From an uncultured Verrucomicrobiota bacterium (lineage in GTDB: Bacteria > Verrucomicrobiota > Verrucomicrobiia > Limisphaerales > SIBE01), in assembly GCA_964578605.1 (NCBI GenBank), contig CAZODO010000006.1, forward strand, positions 9,622 to 73,621: a DNA stretch of 64,000 nucleotides, in the 5' to 3' direction. Of this stretch, positions 54,006 through 64,000 are shown piece after piece; positions within the stretch are counted from its first letter, which is position 1, and each line of letters begins with the position of its first letter. The notes under the pieces are model-generated. The model worked only from the letters and a program-made list of their open reading frames with translations, was not told the origin of the DNA and did no database searches. Both the position numbers and the translations under genes were made by a program.

Positions 54006-55894
54006 ATCGAGACCGCCAGATCCATGTCTTGCACATGGAGATGCTCAAGGATCCTATTGACGCACTCCGCCACGGAAAGTTGGTCCGTTTGCAGGACGAT
54101 TTCCGGACTCTCCGGTGACTCATAGGGAGCGGAAATCCCCGTGAACTCCTTGATCTCGTTGGCACGGGCCTTCTGATAGAGACCTTTGGGATCTCGCTTT
54201 TCGCAAATGGCGATCGGGGCGTTCACATACACTTCAACGAACTGGCCTGGCTGCACCATGTTCCTCACCAAAGCGCGATCCGAACGGTAAGGCGAAATGA
54301 ACGCCGTGATGCAGATCAGCCCGGCGTCCGCGAACAATTTGGCCACTTCACCCACGCGCCGAATGTTCTCTTGGCGGTCCTGGGGGGAGAACGCAAGATC
54401 GGAGCAAAGCCCATGACGGATATTATCGCCATCGAGGACGTATGCCTGCTTGCCCAAATTAAACAATTCACGCTCCAGTTCAGTCGCCACGGTGCTCTTT
54501 CCCGCCCCCGATAGGCCGGTCAACCATACGATGCGCCCCGGATGGCCCTGGCGCCGCGCACGCTGCTCGGCCGTGACTTTGCCCTGGCTCCAATAAAGAT
54601 GGCCGCTCTTGTGAAGGGCATCGGAGGTGCGTTTGGGGTAATGATCCTCGGCGATAATCCCCCCGCCCGAAACGTCAAAGCCATCGACAATCACGAACCG
54701 GCCCGTCGCTCGGATTTCGGAATGCACATCGAAAGCGAGCGGGCGCTTGGTCCGAAGGGTCAGTTCCGCCACTTCATGCCGGCCGATCAGCACTTCCTTT
54801 TCTTTGCGGGAGATGGTCTCCAGGGTCGACGCGTCAATCACGCGTTCGATGGACTCGATCTCACAATCGACCTCCTGGGTGGCCAGCTTCAAGCGGTAGA
54901 TCCGCCCCTTGAGAAAGGGCATCCGGCCAAGCCAGAACACACGGGCCTTGAACCGGGTGAGTTCGTAAGGAGGCGACATTTCCAGCGCGGCCACGGTGCC
55001 GCGCTCCACGAAGATCTGCTCGGTCAACATCAGGCCTATCGACTCGCCCGCGGTGGCGATATCACAGGAAGGGGCGTTCCACCGTTCAATGCTCTTGACC
55101 GTGCTGGCCTTGTTCCCGGGCGTGAAGAGAAGGCGGTCGCCGACCTTGACCGACCCCGCCTCCACCCGCCCGGCCAGGATCCGGCGCTCGTCGAACCGAT
55201 AGACATCCTGAATTGGGAAGCGCAACGGCTGATCATGCGGCAATTCAGCCACGGTGAATTGGTCTAACGCTTCCACTACGGTCGGCCCAGTCCACCAAGG
55301 CATTCTTGGACTTAGCGTCGCGATATTGTCGCCCTGCTTCGCCGCGATGGGGATGAATTGTCCCGCTCGAAGTCCAATGCTCAAGAGGAAAGCACGAAAG
55401 TCTCGCTCGATCTGTTCGAACCGCTGCTGCGAGTAGTCCTGCAGATCCATCTTGTTCACCAGCACCACCACCTGCCGTATTCCAAGCAGGTTGAGCATAT
55501 AACCATGCCGCCGGGATTGTTCCTGGATCCCTTCATTCGCATCGATCAATAGCAAAGCCGCCTCCGCGCTGGCGGCGCCGGTAATCATGTTCTTAAGAAA
55601 CTCCTTATGCCCCGGAGCGTCGATAATCACATACTGGCGCTTCGGAGTGCGGAACCAAATCTGCGCGGTGTCAATCGTGATGTTTTGGTCGCGCTCGGAT
55701 TGCAGCGCGTCCATGAGATTGGCCCATTCGAACGGAACACCACGGCGCTGGGCAACCGCCTGCAGTTGCTCCAGTTTCCCCTCAGGCAGGCTGCCTGTAT
55801 CATGGAACAAGCGTCCCACAAATGTGGATTTCCCGTGGTCCACGTGGCCTACGATCACGATCTTTAGCTGCTCCGAGTCAGACCCGTTCTTCAT
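54002..55894 (-). CDS. cysNC: Bifunctional sulfate adenylyltransferase subunit 1 / adenylylsulfate kinase
   Basis: N-terminal GTPase motifs ([20 protein letters not shown]). C-terminal APS kinase motifs ([25 protein letters not shown]). Confidence 0.95.
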   Translation of the reverse strand: MKNGSDSEQLKIVIVGHVDHGKSTFVGRLFHDTGSLPEGKLEQLQAVAQRRGVPFEWANLMDALQSERDQNITIDTAQIWFRTPKRQYVIIDAPGHKEFLKNMITGAASAEAALLLIDANEGIQEQSRRHGYMLNLLGIRQVVVLVNKMDLQDYSQQRFEQIERDFRAFLLSIGLRAGQFIPIAAKQGDNIATLSPRMPWWTGPTVVEALDQFTVAELPHDQPLRFPIQDVYRFDERRILAGRVEAGSVKVGDRLLFTPGNKASTVKSIERWNAPSCDIATAGESIGLMLTEQIFVERGTVAALEMSPPYELTRFKARVFWLGRMPFLKGRIYRLKLATQEVDCEIESIERVIDASTLETISRKEKEVLIGRHEVAELTLRTKRPLAFDVHSEIRATGRFVIVDGFDVSGGGIIAEDHYPKRTSDALHKSGHLYWSQGKVTAEQRARRQGHPGRIVWLTGLSGAGKSTVATELERELFNLGKQAYVLDGDNIRHGLCSDLAFSPQDRQENIRRVGEVAKLFADAGLICITAFISPYRSDRALVRNMVQPGQFVEVYVNAPIAICEKRDPKGLYQKARANEIKEFTGISAPYESPESPEIVLQTDQLSVAECVNRILEHLHVQDMDLAVSI

Positions 55895-55908
55895 GTTCCG
55901 TTTCCCAA

Positions 55909-56721
55909 TTACATATAGCCATCACGCCGCAACTTCTCGAATGCGTCTTCGCTCTCCTTGTCCTGGGCGCGCCCGGCGCGTTCGGGAGTCTTGGTATGGC
56001 GCAATTCATCGATAATATCGCGGACCGTGCGGGCGCTGGACTTGATAGGGAAAGTGCAGGGGGCGCAGCCCAGACTCCGATAGCGCTCTCCTTTCTCATT
56101 GGCGAAGTAAAGGGGTATCACCGGGATGTTCTCACGATCGATATACTCCCAGATGTTCAACTCCGTCCAATGAAGCAGCGGATGAATCCGGATGTGGGTG
56201 CCCTTCTCGAAATCCGTCTTGAACTGGTCCCACAGCTCCGGCGGTTGGTCCTCGGCATTCCATTCCATATTCTTGTCGCGCGGGCTGAAATATCGCTCTT
56301 TGGCTCGTGTCGGTTCTTCATCGCGACGCACGCCGACGATCACGCCCGTGAAATGGTGCTTCTCCAGGACTTGCTTGAGCCCGTCCTTTTTAAGCGTGCC
56401 ACAACATTCGACGCGTGTGGCTTTGCTGTTCGGGTAGGTGACACCGCTTTTCAGGACGGGCTCGTTCTTCCCCACGACCAGGTCCAGTTTCCATTCGCGG
56501 ACGAGCCGGTCCCGATACTCGATCATCGTGGCAATCTTGTAGGTCGTGTCTACATGGACCAGTGGGAAGGGCACATGGCCAAAGAAGGCTTTGCGCGCGA
56601 GCCACAAGAGCACCGTTGAGTCTTTGCCAATGCTCCAGAGCATCGCCAGGTTATCGAAGCGATTAAAAGCCTCGCGCAATATATAAATGCTCTGGTTTTC
56701 GAGTTTGGATAGGTAGTCCAT
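55909..56721 (-). CDS. cysD: Sulfate adenylyltransferase subunit 2
   Basis: [35 protein letters not shown], ..RRDEE..RAKER.FS.R and WELY-type motifs (PELWDQF). Confidence 0.95.
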   Translation of the reverse strand: MDYLSKLENQSIYILREAFNRFDNLAMLWSIGKDSTVLLWLARKAFFGHVPFPLVHVDTTYKIATMIEYRDRLVREWKLDLVVGKNEPVLKSGVTYPNSKATRVECCGTLKKDGLKQVLEKHHFTGVIVGVRRDEEPTRAKERYFSPRDKNMEWNAEDQPPELWDQFKTDFEKGTHIRIHPLLHWTELNIWEYIDRENIPVIPLYFANEKGERYRSLGCAPCTFPIKSSARTVRDIIDELRHTKTPERAGRAQDKESEDAFEKLRRDGYM

Positions 56722-56820
56722 CAGTTGAGCCCAGCTTTGACCTTCATTGGAGTCCTGCTCTTTGGCACAGATTACTTATGGGCTATAGTGCCGGGAAGAT
56801 GGGCCTAGAGGTTCCGTTGT

Positions 56821-57540
56821 CTAGCCTTTCCTGGTCATGAAGGTGTGAATCCCGCATTCGGCCTTCTTGAACCCAAGCCATCGTCCGGCCCGCTCCTGCT
56901 CCCCCGTGCCGGCCGCGCTCGTGCACGGTGCACATCCTATCGACCTATAGCCACGGTCGTGTAAAGGGTTATAGGGAATCTGATGCTCACGCAGGTACTT
57001 CCAAACGGCGTCTCTTGACCAATGAGCCATCGGGTTGAGTTTCACCATTTCGCGCTTGCCTGCTCCCTCCAATGCATAGAGCTCCACGATATGCGTGCTT
57101 GCCCGTGTCTCAGACTGGTCGCGCCTCAACCCGGTAATCCAGCAGTCCAAATCTGCAAGCTTGCCTTGCAACGGGAGCACTTTGCGCAATGTGCAGCATA
57201 AATCTGGATCGCGCTTCCATAGTTCATCGCCGTGCACCGCCGCTTGCTGCGCCACCGTGAGGTCGGGCTGGAGAGCTTCAATCTTATAGCCGAAGAAGCG
57301 CTCAAGATCTCGCTTGAGTTGAAGCGTCTCGGCAAACAGAAGCCCGGTATCCAGGGTGAACACAGGCAGACCGAAGCCGTGAGTTTTCGCCAGGTGCATC
57401 AGAACCAGTCCCGCGCCTTGAAAGCTGGTGCCAATCGCGGCCCGCGGCCCAAAGCGCTCCCAAGCCCAACGCAGAATTTCCGCGGTCGGGCTGTTTTCGA
57501 ACTGCGCCTCAAGCGTCCGCGCTTCAGCCGGTGTGAGCAT
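56821..57540 (-). CDS. cysH: Adenylylsulfate (APS)/PAPS reductase, Fe-S cluster-bearing type
   Basis: TSFQGAGLVLMHL, the CC pair in DPDLCCTLRKVLPL, SIGCAPCT and the catalytic ECGIH. The CC...CxxC cysteines are characteristic of APS-specific or dual-specificity reductases. Start at ATG 57540. Confidence 0.9.
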   Translation of the reverse strand: MLTPAEARTLEAQFENSPTAEILRWAWERFGPRAAIGTSFQGAGLVLMHLAKTHGFGLPVFTLDTGLLFAETLQLKRDLERFFGYKIEALQPDLTVAQQAAVHGDELWKRDPDLCCTLRKVLPLQGKLADLDCWITGLRRDQSETRASTHIVELYALEGAGKREMVKLNPMAHWSRDAVWKYLREHQIPYNPLHDRGYRSIGCAPCTSAAGTGEQERAGRWLGFKKAECGIHTFMTRKG

Positions 57541-57587
57541 GGATCTGGATTCGGATTGAGGGAGACCTTGAGCTGGCTGTCCCCTTT

Positions 57588-59276
57588 TTAACCCACAGCG
57601 TTCTGCGAGGGCAGCGGCTGGCGGATGACGCGGTCGCAATAGTCGCCAAAGCGCTCTCCCGCCTTCCGCTCGGCTCGATACCGCGTTAGCAACGGACGCA
57701 GTTCCGCGACGATGTCTTCGCTCTTGACCGAGTCCTTGTGGAGCCAGTTCAGGCGCGTGCTCGCCTCGTTACCGCCGAGATAAAGCTGGTACTTGTTCGG
57801 CGCTTTGCCCACGAAGGCGATTTCGGCCATGTAAGGACGCGCGCAGCCGTTCGGGCAGCCCGTCATTCGGATCACAATCTCCTGACCTCCCAGCCCCACC
57901 TCGTCCAGCAACTGTTCCACTCGGGTGAGGACCGCGGGAAGCGAGCGCTCGGATTCCGCCAGCGCCAATCCGCAGGTTGGCATCGCCGGGCATGCCATTG
58001 ACGCCAGCCGGGTGGCGGAGAATGGATTGTTCGTGAAGACTCCGTGGTCGGCCAGCAAACGGTCGACGCTTTCCCGGTGCCCGGGTTCAATTCCGACAAC
58101 GATCAGGTTCTGCGACGCGGTCAGGCGAACTTCATTCGGCTGGAACTTCTCCACGACGGCGCGCAGGCCGCTCATCAGCCTGTATCCGTCGGCGTCCTTG
58201 ACCCGGCCGTTCTCGACAAACAATCCGAGGAAGTAGTTGCCGTCGCTCTGACGATGCCAGCCAAGCATGTCCCCCTGCCTCGTGAATTGGAACGGGCGGG
58301 CGGGTTCCAGCTTGAAGCCGGCTCGCTGCTCGAGCTCGGCGCGGAACCATTCGACGCCACGGTCCTCGAGAACGTATTTCAGGCGGGCGCGCTTCCGGTT
58401 GGTTCGATCCCCGAAATCCCGGTGGATGCTGAGAACAGCCTTTGTCGCCGCTTCCAGGTTTTCCGGCTGCACAAACCCGATCACATCGGCCAAGCGTGGG
58501 AAGGTCTGGGCATTCCCATGCGACATCCCCATTCCACCGCCGGCGATCAGGTTGTATCCGGCAAGGCGCCCGTCTTCTACGATGACAATGTAACCCAGAT
58601 CGTTGGTGAAGATGTCGATGTCGTTCAGCGGCGGAATCGCAAATGCGGTCTTGAATTTGCGTGGCAGGTAACTCTTCCCATAAAGAGGGTCGACAAAGCC
58701 GGCGGGTTCCCTCAGATCCACTTCCTGGCCTTCAATCCAAATCCGGTGATACGCCTTGGTCGCCGGGTTGAGCGCGTCGGAAAGCTTCTGAGCCTCTGCG
58801 AGAATCTGATCCACCAAGGGGCTTGTCGAAGGCGTCGGCGGGGCCATGACATTGCGCTCCACGTCGCCGCAGGCCGCGATCGTCGTAATCAGGACGTCAT
58901 TCAAGCGCTTGATCGTCTGCCGCAGGTTCGCCTTGATCACCCCGTGGAATTGGAAATCCTGCCGAGTCGTAATCCGCAGGGTCCCATTGGCATAGTCGTT
59001 CGCCAGGCGGTCGCACGCCAAGTACTGGGCGGAAGAGAGCCGCCCACCCGGGAACTTGGTTCGCACCATGAAAATGAACTGCTTGCCCAGCTTCCGTTTG
59101 TCACGGTCATCCTGCTGATAAACCCCATGGAACTTGAGGAACTCGTAGTCGTCCTGGGTAAACGAATTGAGCGCGGGATTGGCCAGGGTCGATGCAATGG
59201 TCCCGCCGAGCCAGGGATCGGACTCTTTCAATCCCTCATTTCGCGTAAGCTTGGGAGCAGCGTCGGTGCTAAACAT
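57588..59276 (-). CDS. cysI: Assimilatory sulfite reductase hemoprotein (sirohaem / 4Fe-4S; CysI/Sir type)
   Basis: 562 aa with duplicated NIR_SIR halves, and the cluster/sirohaem cysteines CPAMPTCGLA and TGCPNGCARP. Confidence 0.9.
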   Translation of the reverse strand: MFSTDAAPKLTRNEGLKESDPWLGGTIASTLANPALNSFTQDDYEFLKFHGVYQQDDRDKRKLGKQFIFMVRTKFPGGRLSSAQYLACDRLANDYANGTLRITTRQDFQFHGVIKANLRQTIKRLNDVLITTIAACGDVERNVMAPPTPSTSPLVDQILAEAQKLSDALNPATKAYHRIWIEGQEVDLREPAGFVDPLYGKSYLPRKFKTAFAIPPLNDIDIFTNDLGYIVIVEDGRLAGYNLIAGGGMGMSHGNAQTFPRLADVIGFVQPENLEAATKAVLSIHRDFGDRTNRKRARLKYVLEDRGVEWFRAELEQRAGFKLEPARPFQFTRQGDMLGWHRQSDGNYFLGLFVENGRVKDADGYRLMSGLRAVVEKFQPNEVRLTASQNLIVVGIEPGHRESVDRLLADHGVFTNNPFSATRLASMACPAMPTCGLALAESERSLPAVLTRVEQLLDEVGLGGQEIVIRMTGCPNGCARPYMAEIAFVGKAPNKYQLYLGGNEASTRLNWLHKDSVKSEDIVAELRPLLTRYRAERKAGERFGDYCDRVIRQPLPSQNAVG

Positions 59277-59398
59277 ATGTTAAATACCAATGATAGTAAT
59301 ATTCCTAGCTCATTCGTGGCTGCTTGTCAATAGCTCTTTCAGCGCGCCTCTCCTATATCACCAGGTCGAAGGACCATCCTCCTTGCTGTTCCAGCCGG

Positions 59399-59450
59399 TC
59401 TAAACTCGGTCGTCACACGGTCGTGACCGGGTCACCATCGAGCGATGACT
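59399..59450 (+). repeat. Short-period repeat block related to the 8701-8760 element
   Basis: TCTAAACTCGGTCGTCACACGGTCGTGACCGGGTCACCATCGAGCG versus 8703-8750 CTAAACTCGGTCTTCACCCGGTCTTCACCCGGTCTTCACTCGATCG. The first ~30 nt differ at about 4 positions. Confidence 0.6.
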
Positions 59451-59563
59451 GAGTCTCGAGCTTGTTTTGAGAGGACCAATCCGAGTTGCAGCGGAGCTCT
59501 TTTTGCCCATGTTGATCGCGGACATATGCGAGCAGCCTGCCGACTCGCCCGCCTCGGGCGCGG

Positions 59564-60778
59564 TTGATGTCCAGAATTATGTGTTTGAGAAAGGCATATT
59601 ACCTCGATAACAACGGCACAACGCGGATCGCGCCTGAGGTGGTCGAAGCGATGTTGCCGTTTTTGACGGAGCACTGGGCGAATCCTTCGAGCCGTTATGG
59701 CATCGCCCGCCAATTGGTTGGCCACATCAAGCTTGCCAGGGAGCAGGTCGCGACACTGATCCACGCAGCTCCTGATGAGATTGTGTTCACGAGTTGTGGC
59801 ACCGAGAGCAACAACGCCGCGATCCATAGCGCTCTAATGTCACAGCCCGGGAGGAGGCACGTGCTCATGACGGCGGTAGAGCATTCCGCGAATATCAACT
59901 ACGGCGAGGCATTGGCGAAGCGCGGTTATTCGGTGTCACTCATTCCCGTCGAGCCTGAGGGAACCCTGAACTTGCGATTGCTGGAGAAGGTCATCCGGGC
60001 GGACACGGCGATTGTCTCCGTGATGTGGGCCAACAATGAGACGGGTGTCGTCTTCCCGGTCGAGGAGATTGCGGCAATTTGCCGGATCAGAGGAGTCTTG
60101 TTCCACACGGATGCCGTCCAGGCCGCTGGCAAGTTGGATATCGATGTTCAAAGTGCCGGGGCCGATTTCTTGTCCCTATCCGCGCATAAGATCCACGGAC
60201 CCAAAGGCATAGGACTGCTTTATGTGCGAAATCGCAGGCCCTTTCAGCCCTTGATAATTGGGGGACACCAGGAGAACGGCCGACGTGCCGGCACCGAAAA
60301 TGTCCCGGGCATTGTTGGTTTTGGGCGTGCCGCGGAACGGGTCATGACATCGGGCGATGCCGAACGCCGCCGGATACGCCATTTGCGCGACCAGTTGGAG
60401 CAAGGGATACTGAGGAACGTCCCAGATGCCGTCCGGAACGGTGCCGCTGATCCGCGTTTGCCCAACACGACCAATATCGCGTTCGAACCTTTGGAAGCGG
60501 ACGCGATACTGATCGCGCTGGATCAGGTCGGCATTTGCGCCTCCAGCGGTTCGGCATGCACGGCCGGTTCACTGGAGGCGTCCCATGTCTTGAGAGCGAT
60601 GGGGTTGAGTGTTGCAAGGGCGCGAAGTTCGATACGATTTAGCCTCGGGAAGGATAACACTTCCGAGGATGTCGAATACGTCCTGCGCCACGTGCCCAGG
60701 GTTGTCAGCAGGCTTCGCGCTCTATCCACTGGAGAGCCGGTTCGGTCGGCGGCCCCCTCGGCTACGCCATCTCCATGA
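59564..60778 (+). CDS. Cysteine desulfurase (NifS/IscS class I)
   Basis: YLDNNGTT, SAHKIHGPKGIGLLYV (PLP lysine) and SSGSACTAGSLEASHVL (active-site Cys). The exact start within the first ~6 codons is uncertain. Confidence 0.9.
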   Translation: MMSRIMCLRKAYYLDNNGTTRIAPEVVEAMLPFLTEHWANPSSRYGIARQLVGHIKLAREQVATLIHAAPDEIVFTSCGTESNNAAIHSALMSQPGRRHVLMTAVEHSANINYGEALAKRGYSVSLIPVEPEGTLNLRLLEKVIRADTAIVSVMWANNETGVVFPVEEIAAICRIRGVLFHTDAVQAAGKLDIDVQSAGADFLSLSAHKIHGPKGIGLLYVRNRRPFQPLIIGGHQENGRRAGTENVPGIVGFGRAAERVMTSGDAERRRIRHLRDQLEQGILRNVPDAVRNGAADPRLPNTTNIAFEPLEADAILIALDQVGICASSGSACTAGSLEASHVLRAMGLSVARARSSIRFSLGKDNTSEDVEYVLRHVPRVVSRLRALSTGEPVRSAAPSATPSP

Positions 60779-61418
60779 TCGCGGCCACCAGCCTGTTGAT
60801 GCCTGCTTCCGCCTCGGTAATTCGCTTTGCAAGCATATAAGCTGGGGTGGTTACGATCCTCAACCGCCGGTCCACCACCGCTTCGTCGACGTCGCAGGCG
60901 AGATGATGGGCGCCGCACTTTTCAAGAGCTGCCGCCGTGCTGGCATCGTTGCCGATTGTGAGGTTCGGCTTTTCGGCGCCAAACAAACGCGCGGCAATGA
61001 CCGGTGCGATGCAGACGAATCCGAGCGGCTTCTTGGCCCGGTGCGCTTCTTCAAGAACAGCGGCGACTTCCGGTTGGACCTGGAAGTCATGGCCATCGCG
61101 CGCAAAACTGGAGAGGTTCTTCGCGGCACCGAATCCTCCCGGAAGGATAATCGCATCGATTTCCGAAACACGCAGTTGGCTAAGAGGAAGGATCGCGCCA
61201 CGAGCGATGCGCGCCGATTCCGCGATTACGCTCCTCTTTTCAGATTTGCTCGGCTGCTTCGTGACGTGATGAACGACCTCTGCTTGGTCGATATCCGGAG
61301 CCGTAAAGACAACCTCAGCGTTTGCCCGGTCCAAGGCCAGGAGGAGCAGGACGGATTCGTGTATCTCCGCGCCGTCGAAGACGCCGCATCCCGAAAGAAG
61401 GATAGCAACCTTTTTCAT
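60762..61418 (-). CDS. elbB: ElbB-like DJ-1/PfpI-superfamily protein (isoprenoid biosynthesis glyoxalase ElbB type)
   Basis: MKKVAILLSGCGVFDGAEIHESVLLLLALDRA..., DAIILPGGFGAAKNL and KPLGFVCIAP. Confidence 0.8.
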   Translation of the reverse strand: MKKVAILLSGCGVFDGAEIHESVLLLLALDRANAEVVFTAPDIDQAEVVHHVTKQPSKSEKRSVIAESARIARGAILPLSQLRVSEIDAIILPGGFGAAKNLSSFARDGHDFQVQPEVAAVLEEAHRAKKPLGFVCIAPVIAARLFGAEKPNLTIGNDASTAAALEKCGAHHLACDVDEAVVDRRLRIVTTPAYMLAKRITEAEAGINRLVAAIMEMA

Positions 61419-61481
61419 AGGCTGACGTTAGGCTCTGTGCGCGCGCGATTCAATGGTGAGTCTGCGATAGAGCGGAATTCC

Positions 61482-62612
61482 TCAAGCGACCCGGCGGCCC
61501 GATAGGTCGACCGCATACCGTGAGAAGCTTTGCTGTTCGCCATGCAGCGCGGTCTGGATCATCATGAACTCACCAAGGTTCTCCATCGTAAAAATTCCAA
61601 CGAGCCCGCCATCGGTCACAACCGGCAAGGTGTGGCATTTGCATTCTTGGACTCTGGCAAGGACACGTTCGGCAAGTTCAGCGGGCGATACCACCCGGAT
61701 ATCCCGCTCCATGTAATCGCGGACTTCGGCGGTCTGGCCGCCTTTCGCAAGCCCGGTCAAGAGGTCCTTCCTGGTCAGGATCCCCACGACTTCGCCATTC
61801 TCCAGCACCGGGAAGTCCTGCTGAGCTCCTGCAAGGATCTGTTCCACGGCTGTCGCAAGGGTATCGCCGGGGTGCAGTGTTCTGAAGTCGGTAATCATGA
61901 CTCGCTCGACCGGGACGCCGCTGAGTGCGGATTTCATTTCAACCATCCCTGCCTCTTGGCTTGCACCCATCCAAACGAACAGAGCGATGAATACAAGGAA
62001 AGGATTCGAAAAGAGCCCAAGAAATCCGAACAAGAAAGCCATTCCCTGCCCGATGTTGGCCGCGATATGCGTCGCACGGACGTAATCCATCCGGATCGCA
62101 AGGAGTGCGCGCAGGACCCGGCCCCCGTCCATAGGGAAAGCCGGGAGCAAGTTGAACACCGCCAGAGCCACGTTGACCCAGAGCAATTTCGATAGAAGAT
62201 CGCCGCCCACAAGGTGCATTGCCCCGAGACCTTGAACACCCCGCCCGGCAAGCAGCACCACAAGAAGCACCGCTGCCAGGACAACATTCACCGCGGGCCC
62301 AGCCAAGGCGACCAGGAGCTCCTGTTTGGGGTCCTCTGGCATACGCTCCAGACGCGCCACGCCCCCGATCGGAAGCAGTGTGATATCGCGCGTTCGAATG
62401 CCGAAGCGGCGCGCCGCTAGCGCGTGTCCAAGCTCGTGAAGCACGACAATCCCAAAGAGGAGAAGAATGAAGGCCAACCCGTAAAGCGCATCGTCCCACC
62501 GGTTCCTGACGAAGTAGTGACTCGCAGCAACCCATCCGAGCAGGATCAGGAACGTGACGTGCATGTAAACGCCAATCCCGGAGATCCGCCCAATTTGCCA
62601 TGACCATTTCAT
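61482..62612 (-). CDS. Site-2 (M50) metalloprotease with a C-terminal CBS pair
   Basis: HELGHALAARRFGIRTRDITLLPIGGVA (HExxH), NLLPAFPMDGGRVL (the second zinc-ligand motif), and CBS-like VMITDFRTLHP....VLENGEVVGILTRKDL and LPVVTDGGLVGIFTMENL. Start at ATG 62612. Confidence 0.9.
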   Translation of the reverse strand: MKWSWQIGRISGIGVYMHVTFLILLGWVAASHYFVRNRWDDALYGLAFILLLFGIVVLHELGHALAARRFGIRTRDITLLPIGGVARLERMPEDPKQELLVALAGPAVNVVLAAVLLVVLLAGRGVQGLGAMHLVGGDLLSKLLWVNVALAVFNLLPAFPMDGGRVLRALLAIRMDYVRATHIAANIGQGMAFLFGFLGLFSNPFLVFIALFVWMGASQEAGMVEMKSALSGVPVERVMITDFRTLHPGDTLATAVEQILAGAQQDFPVLENGEVVGILTRKDLLTGLAKGGQTAEVRDYMERDIRVVSPAELAERVLARVQECKCHTLPVVTDGGLVGIFTMENLGEFMMIQTALHGEQQSFSRYAVDLSGRRVA

Positions 62613-62767
62613 GCGGAACGGTAACACAGACTTGGCTGCAATTCCCCCGCCATTTAGATAGGCTACGGCTGATGGGATCCGCCATTCGAGCTGCACCAGC
62701 CCCGGAACGCTGCACGGGTTCTTGAGCTTCCGATGTTTTCAAGGTATCTCTTCCCGCCAGAGTTTAT

Positions 62768-64000
62768 ATGTCAATCACACCACTCCAACTTTGGGATCGG
62801 TTTCGCAGCAATTACCTTGAGTTCGCGCCGCTCGGGCTCAGCCTCGATCTGAGCCGGATGAACATGCCGGACACATATCGGGCCAAACTCGAGCCCTTGC
62901 TGAAGGGCGCGTTCGCCGCCATGGCCGAGTTGGAGCGTGGCGCCATCGCGAATCCGGACGAGAACCGGCTGGTGGGCCATTATTGGCTCCGCAACCCGGC
63001 GCTGGCACCAAGGCCAGATATTCGCGAAGAGATCGAGCGGACTGAGAAGGAGGTTCGTGAGTTTGCGGCCAAAGTCCAATCAGGCAAGGTCAGCGGCCGC
63101 GACGGTCGATTCGCGAACGCGTTGGTGATCGGGATTGGTGGATCGGCTCTCGGACCGCAATTCGTGGCCCAGGCGCTCGGAAATCCTAATTCCATGCGCA
63201 TGCTCTTCTTCGACAACACGGATCCGGATGGTATGGACCGCATCCTATCGAGTTTGAAGGGCCAGTTAGGACGGACCCTCTGCGTTGTCATTTCCAAGTC
63301 TGGCAAGACCAAAGAGACGCGCAACGGAATGATCGAAGCTCAGGAGGCTTATCGTCAGGCTGGAATCGAATTCAGCCGCCATGCTGTGGCGGTCACCGAG
63401 GCGAACGCGGACAAGAGTGATCTCTTCCGGCTTGCTCTTGACCAGAAATGGCTGGCCCGGTTTCCGATGTGGGATTGGGTGGGGGGCCGCACAAGTGTCA
63501 CGTCGGCAGTGGGACTGCTTCCGGCTGCGTTGCAGAGAGTGGATACGCAGCGCTTCCTTGAGGGTGCCCGGCTTTGCGACGAGGTGACTCGTCAACCCGA
63601 CGCTAGGGCGAACCCGGCGGCGCAACTGGCTTTGATGTGGCATTTCGCCGGCCAGGGCAAAGGGCTGAAGGACATGGTCATCATTCCATACAAGGACCGG
63701 CTCGAGCTGTTCTCACGATACCTTCAACAGCTGGTCATGGAATCCCTTGGCAAGGAGCTCGACCGGGCGGGGAATCGAGTCAACCAAGGGCTGGCTGTTT
63801 ACGGGAACAAAGGTTCCACCGACCAGCACGCGTATGTGCAACAGCTGCGCGATGGGATCGACAACTTCTTCGTAACGTTCGTGCGCGTGCTCGAGGAGCG
63901 CGAGGGCGCGCCCTTCATGGTTGAGCGGAACGTGACCTCTGGAGATTACCTTGACGGCTTCTTATTGGGCACACGCAAGGCCCTGTTTGACAATGGTCGA
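62768..64000 (+). CDS. pgi: Glucose-6-phosphate isomerase (5' part; runs off the right edge; 411 codons visible)
   Basis: Absent from the ORF track because no stop lies in the window. Hand translation from ATG 62768 gives [132 protein letters not shown]. It contains the GIGGSxLGP and ISKSGxTxET PGI signatures. 1233 nt are in frame to the window end. Confidence 0.9.
   Translation, partial: MSITPLQLWDRFRSNYLEFAPLGLSLDLSRMNMPDTYRAKLEPLLKGAFAAMAELERGAIANPDENRLVGHYWLRNPALAPRPDIREEIERTEKEVREFAAKVQSGKVSGRDGRFANALVIGIGGSALGPQFVAQALGNPNSMRMLFFDNTDPDGMDRILSSLKGQLGRTLCVVISKSGKTKETRNGMIEAQEAYRQAGIEFSRHAVAVTEANADKSDLFRLALDQKWLARFPMWDWVGGRTSVTSAVGLLPAALQRVDTQRFLEGARLCDEVTRQPDARANPAAQLALMWHFAGQGKGLKDMVIIPYKDRLELFSRYLQQLVMESLGKELDRAGNRVNQGLAVYGNKGSTDQHAYVQQLRDGIDNFFVTFVRVLEEREGAPFMVERNVTSGDYLDGFLLGTRKALFDNGR

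Noticed and set aside
58044-59333. 429-aa plus-strand ORF.
   Set aside because: It is antisense to sulfite reductase, which has clear sirohaem/4Fe-4S cysteine motifs.
59277-59340. A promoter for the sulfite reductase operon (TTGACA on the minus strand at 59330-59325).
   Set aside because: The hexamer at the correct 17-nt spacing is TAGGAA, a poor -10 element. The better TATTAC lies 23 nt away. This is too weak to report as a feature.
1-64000. Mobile elements, prophage, tRNA or rRNA genes, and defence systems.
   Set aside because: No transposase, integrase, phage structural, restriction-modification, Cas or other defence-type domains were recognisable in any credible ORF. No cloverleaf-like or rRNA-like sequence stood out in the intergenic regions I read. 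I cannot exclude a small ncRNA without covariance-model searches.

Overview
This is a GC-rich bacterial chromosomal segment. Its content suggests a PVC-superphylum (Verrucomicrobiota-like) organism: several prepilin-type / H-X9-DG-like proteins, giant secreted repeat proteins, a CotH/lamin-tail protein and Tat-signal Gfo/Idh/MocA. That lineage call is inference only. I call about 50 CDS.

Left to right:
- A giant Calx-beta protein (runs off the left edge and is absent from the ORF track), in an operon with a 5x MAM-like repeat protein.
- A c-type cytochrome cluster: a monohaem protein, a 7-haem membrane-anchored protein, and an 11-haem protein fused to cytochrome b.
- Secreted-protein / pseudopilin gene pairs.
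- A CotH-LTD giant protein.
- An orphan sugar-binding protein, DUF1802, maf and a Gfo/Idh/MocA oxidoreductase.
- The conserved rpmH-rnpA-yidD-yidC-jag cluster.
- A four-gene operon: PQQ-like propeller, HemN-like radical SAM, chorismate-lyase-like protein and a halogenase-signature flavoprotein.
- A YtrA-type GntR / ABC ATPase operon that also carries a 1070-aa beta-propeller protein, a pseudopilin and a polytopic membrane protein.
- hoxEFUYH-hoxW, a bidirectional NiFe hydrogenase.
- A methyltransferase-dense glycan-modification island.
- A cysI-cysH-cysD-cysNC operon.
- A cysteine desulfurase, elbB, an M50/CBS protease and pgi (runs off the right edge and is absent from the ORF track).

I saw no rRNA, tRNA, CRISPR array, transposase or integrase.

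Non-coding structure worth attention:
- A family of short-period (11-bp) direct-repeat arrays in three divergent intergenic regions.
- Two copies of an ~80-bp palindromic REP-like element.
- An AT-rich island with inverted and direct repeats.
- An unannotated 43-aa lipoprotein gene with its own intrinsic terminator.

All functional calls come from reading the translations for motifs. No database search was run.
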